A stretch of 64,000 nt of DNA from Blepharisma stoltei ATCC 30299 (lineage: Eukaryota; Protista; Ciliophora), in assembly GCA_965603825.1 (NCBI GenBank), contig CBFDEM010000043.1, forward strand, positions 248,001 through 312,000. Reading direction: 5' to 3'. This document shows positions 63,145-64,000 of the stretch, piece by piece. Made by a program: the position numbers and the translations under genes. Each line of letters begins with the position of its first letter. The stretch's first letter is position 1. The notes beneath the pieces were generated by a model. The model saw only the letters and a program-made list of their open reading frames with translations. It was not told the origin of the DNA and did not search any database.

Positions 63145-64000
63145 GAACATACATTAGAGTTAAGTAATATATTTTGTACTCACTCATAAACTTGCTTTGT
63201 TAAAGCCTTAATAAGAAGGTTCAAATCGCTTTATTTTTAAATACTCTATGAAACCAGTAAGTTTAAAGACAAATAACATTCAAATAATACTTCGAGAAAA
63301 TTTATTATATTTATAAGATGATGATTTAATATTTACTTATAGAGAATTTATTACTAATTCAAGATTAGTAGCTCGACATAAAATATATAAATATTAAATA
63401 TAATACTTATAAGATTCTATAATAAGGATTACGCATAAGAGATTTAATTCTCCAGTTTTGATTTGCGGATTTTATGAAATTGATAAAGCTTGATAGTATC
63501 ATAATAGATAAACGAACAAAGTCTCATAAATTGGCTATGATCAGATAAAAATAGATTTGTGTTCGTGAGTATTCTAAACTGCTATTGCAAATATTAAGAA
63601 AATAGTGACTATTTAATGATTTCAACAAAATCTCTTTGATGGATGGCTTGAAGTTCAACATTAAAATCAGTTAAGATTATATCAAAAGTTTTCCAAAATC
63701 CAAATGTTAAGCAAAATTATTCCTTTTTCTCTCAAGGTTTATGTTTTCATTTTTAAACTATATTTAAGCTAAATAATGCGATTATTATGAACAGAATTTA
63801 CTTTTTCATAGAAGTAAACTATTTTTAATTTTTTTCCTGCATATCTCATTGAATAGAATTATTAAGTATTATAGAATGGCATTTAATGAAGTATATCCCA
63901 AGCCAAAAGCAATAGTAAATTGATAGAGAATAAATTATTGATTAGTATTATTTTCAATTTATTGAAAAATTCAGCTTCTTTCTTTATAGGAATGATAAAT

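Noticed and set aside
1-64000. TGA as selenocysteine or cysteine
   Set aside because: TGA aligns with TGG/Trp in paralogs and conserved motifs, not with Cys.
1-64000. CRISPR arrays, rRNA, tRNA, telomeric repeats, transposase or reverse-transcriptase genes
   Set aside because: None recognised by eye; a tRNA/Rfam scan was not possible.
63145-64000. Long AT-rich terminal region (also 55312-56125)
   Set aside because: No ORF, repeat or stable structure evident; treated as ordinary intergenic DNA.

Overview
AT-rich, gene-dense eukaryotic DNA, almost certainly the somatic (macronuclear) genome of a heterotrich ciliate of the Blepharisma type. TGA is read as Trp, so the supplied ORF track fragments most genes. 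Genes end in TAA/TAG, and introns are 15-16 nt GT-AG. Re-read with TGA=Trp, the window holds about 30 genes. These include a ~4044-aa ankyrin/filamin/HECT E3 ligase with a PAM2 motif, four tandem ~1375-aa multi-pass membrane PAS-domain (TmcB/C- or FixL-like) sensor paralogs, and a membrane pseudo-histidine kinase with an intact receiver, flanked by two paralogous secreted acidic proteins. There is also a cNMP-binding K+ channel, a PCGF/BMI1-like RING-RAWUL protein, two Myb paralogs, CCT2, UROS, PEX11, a TBC GAP and an aldo-keto reductase. A 1.7-kb tandem duplication carries a 54-bp TA-bounded palindromic insertion (IES/MITE-like) in its pseudogenic half. Two GC-elevated intergenic islands fold like structured ncRNAs. 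All domain calls are by motif recognition; no database searches were run.
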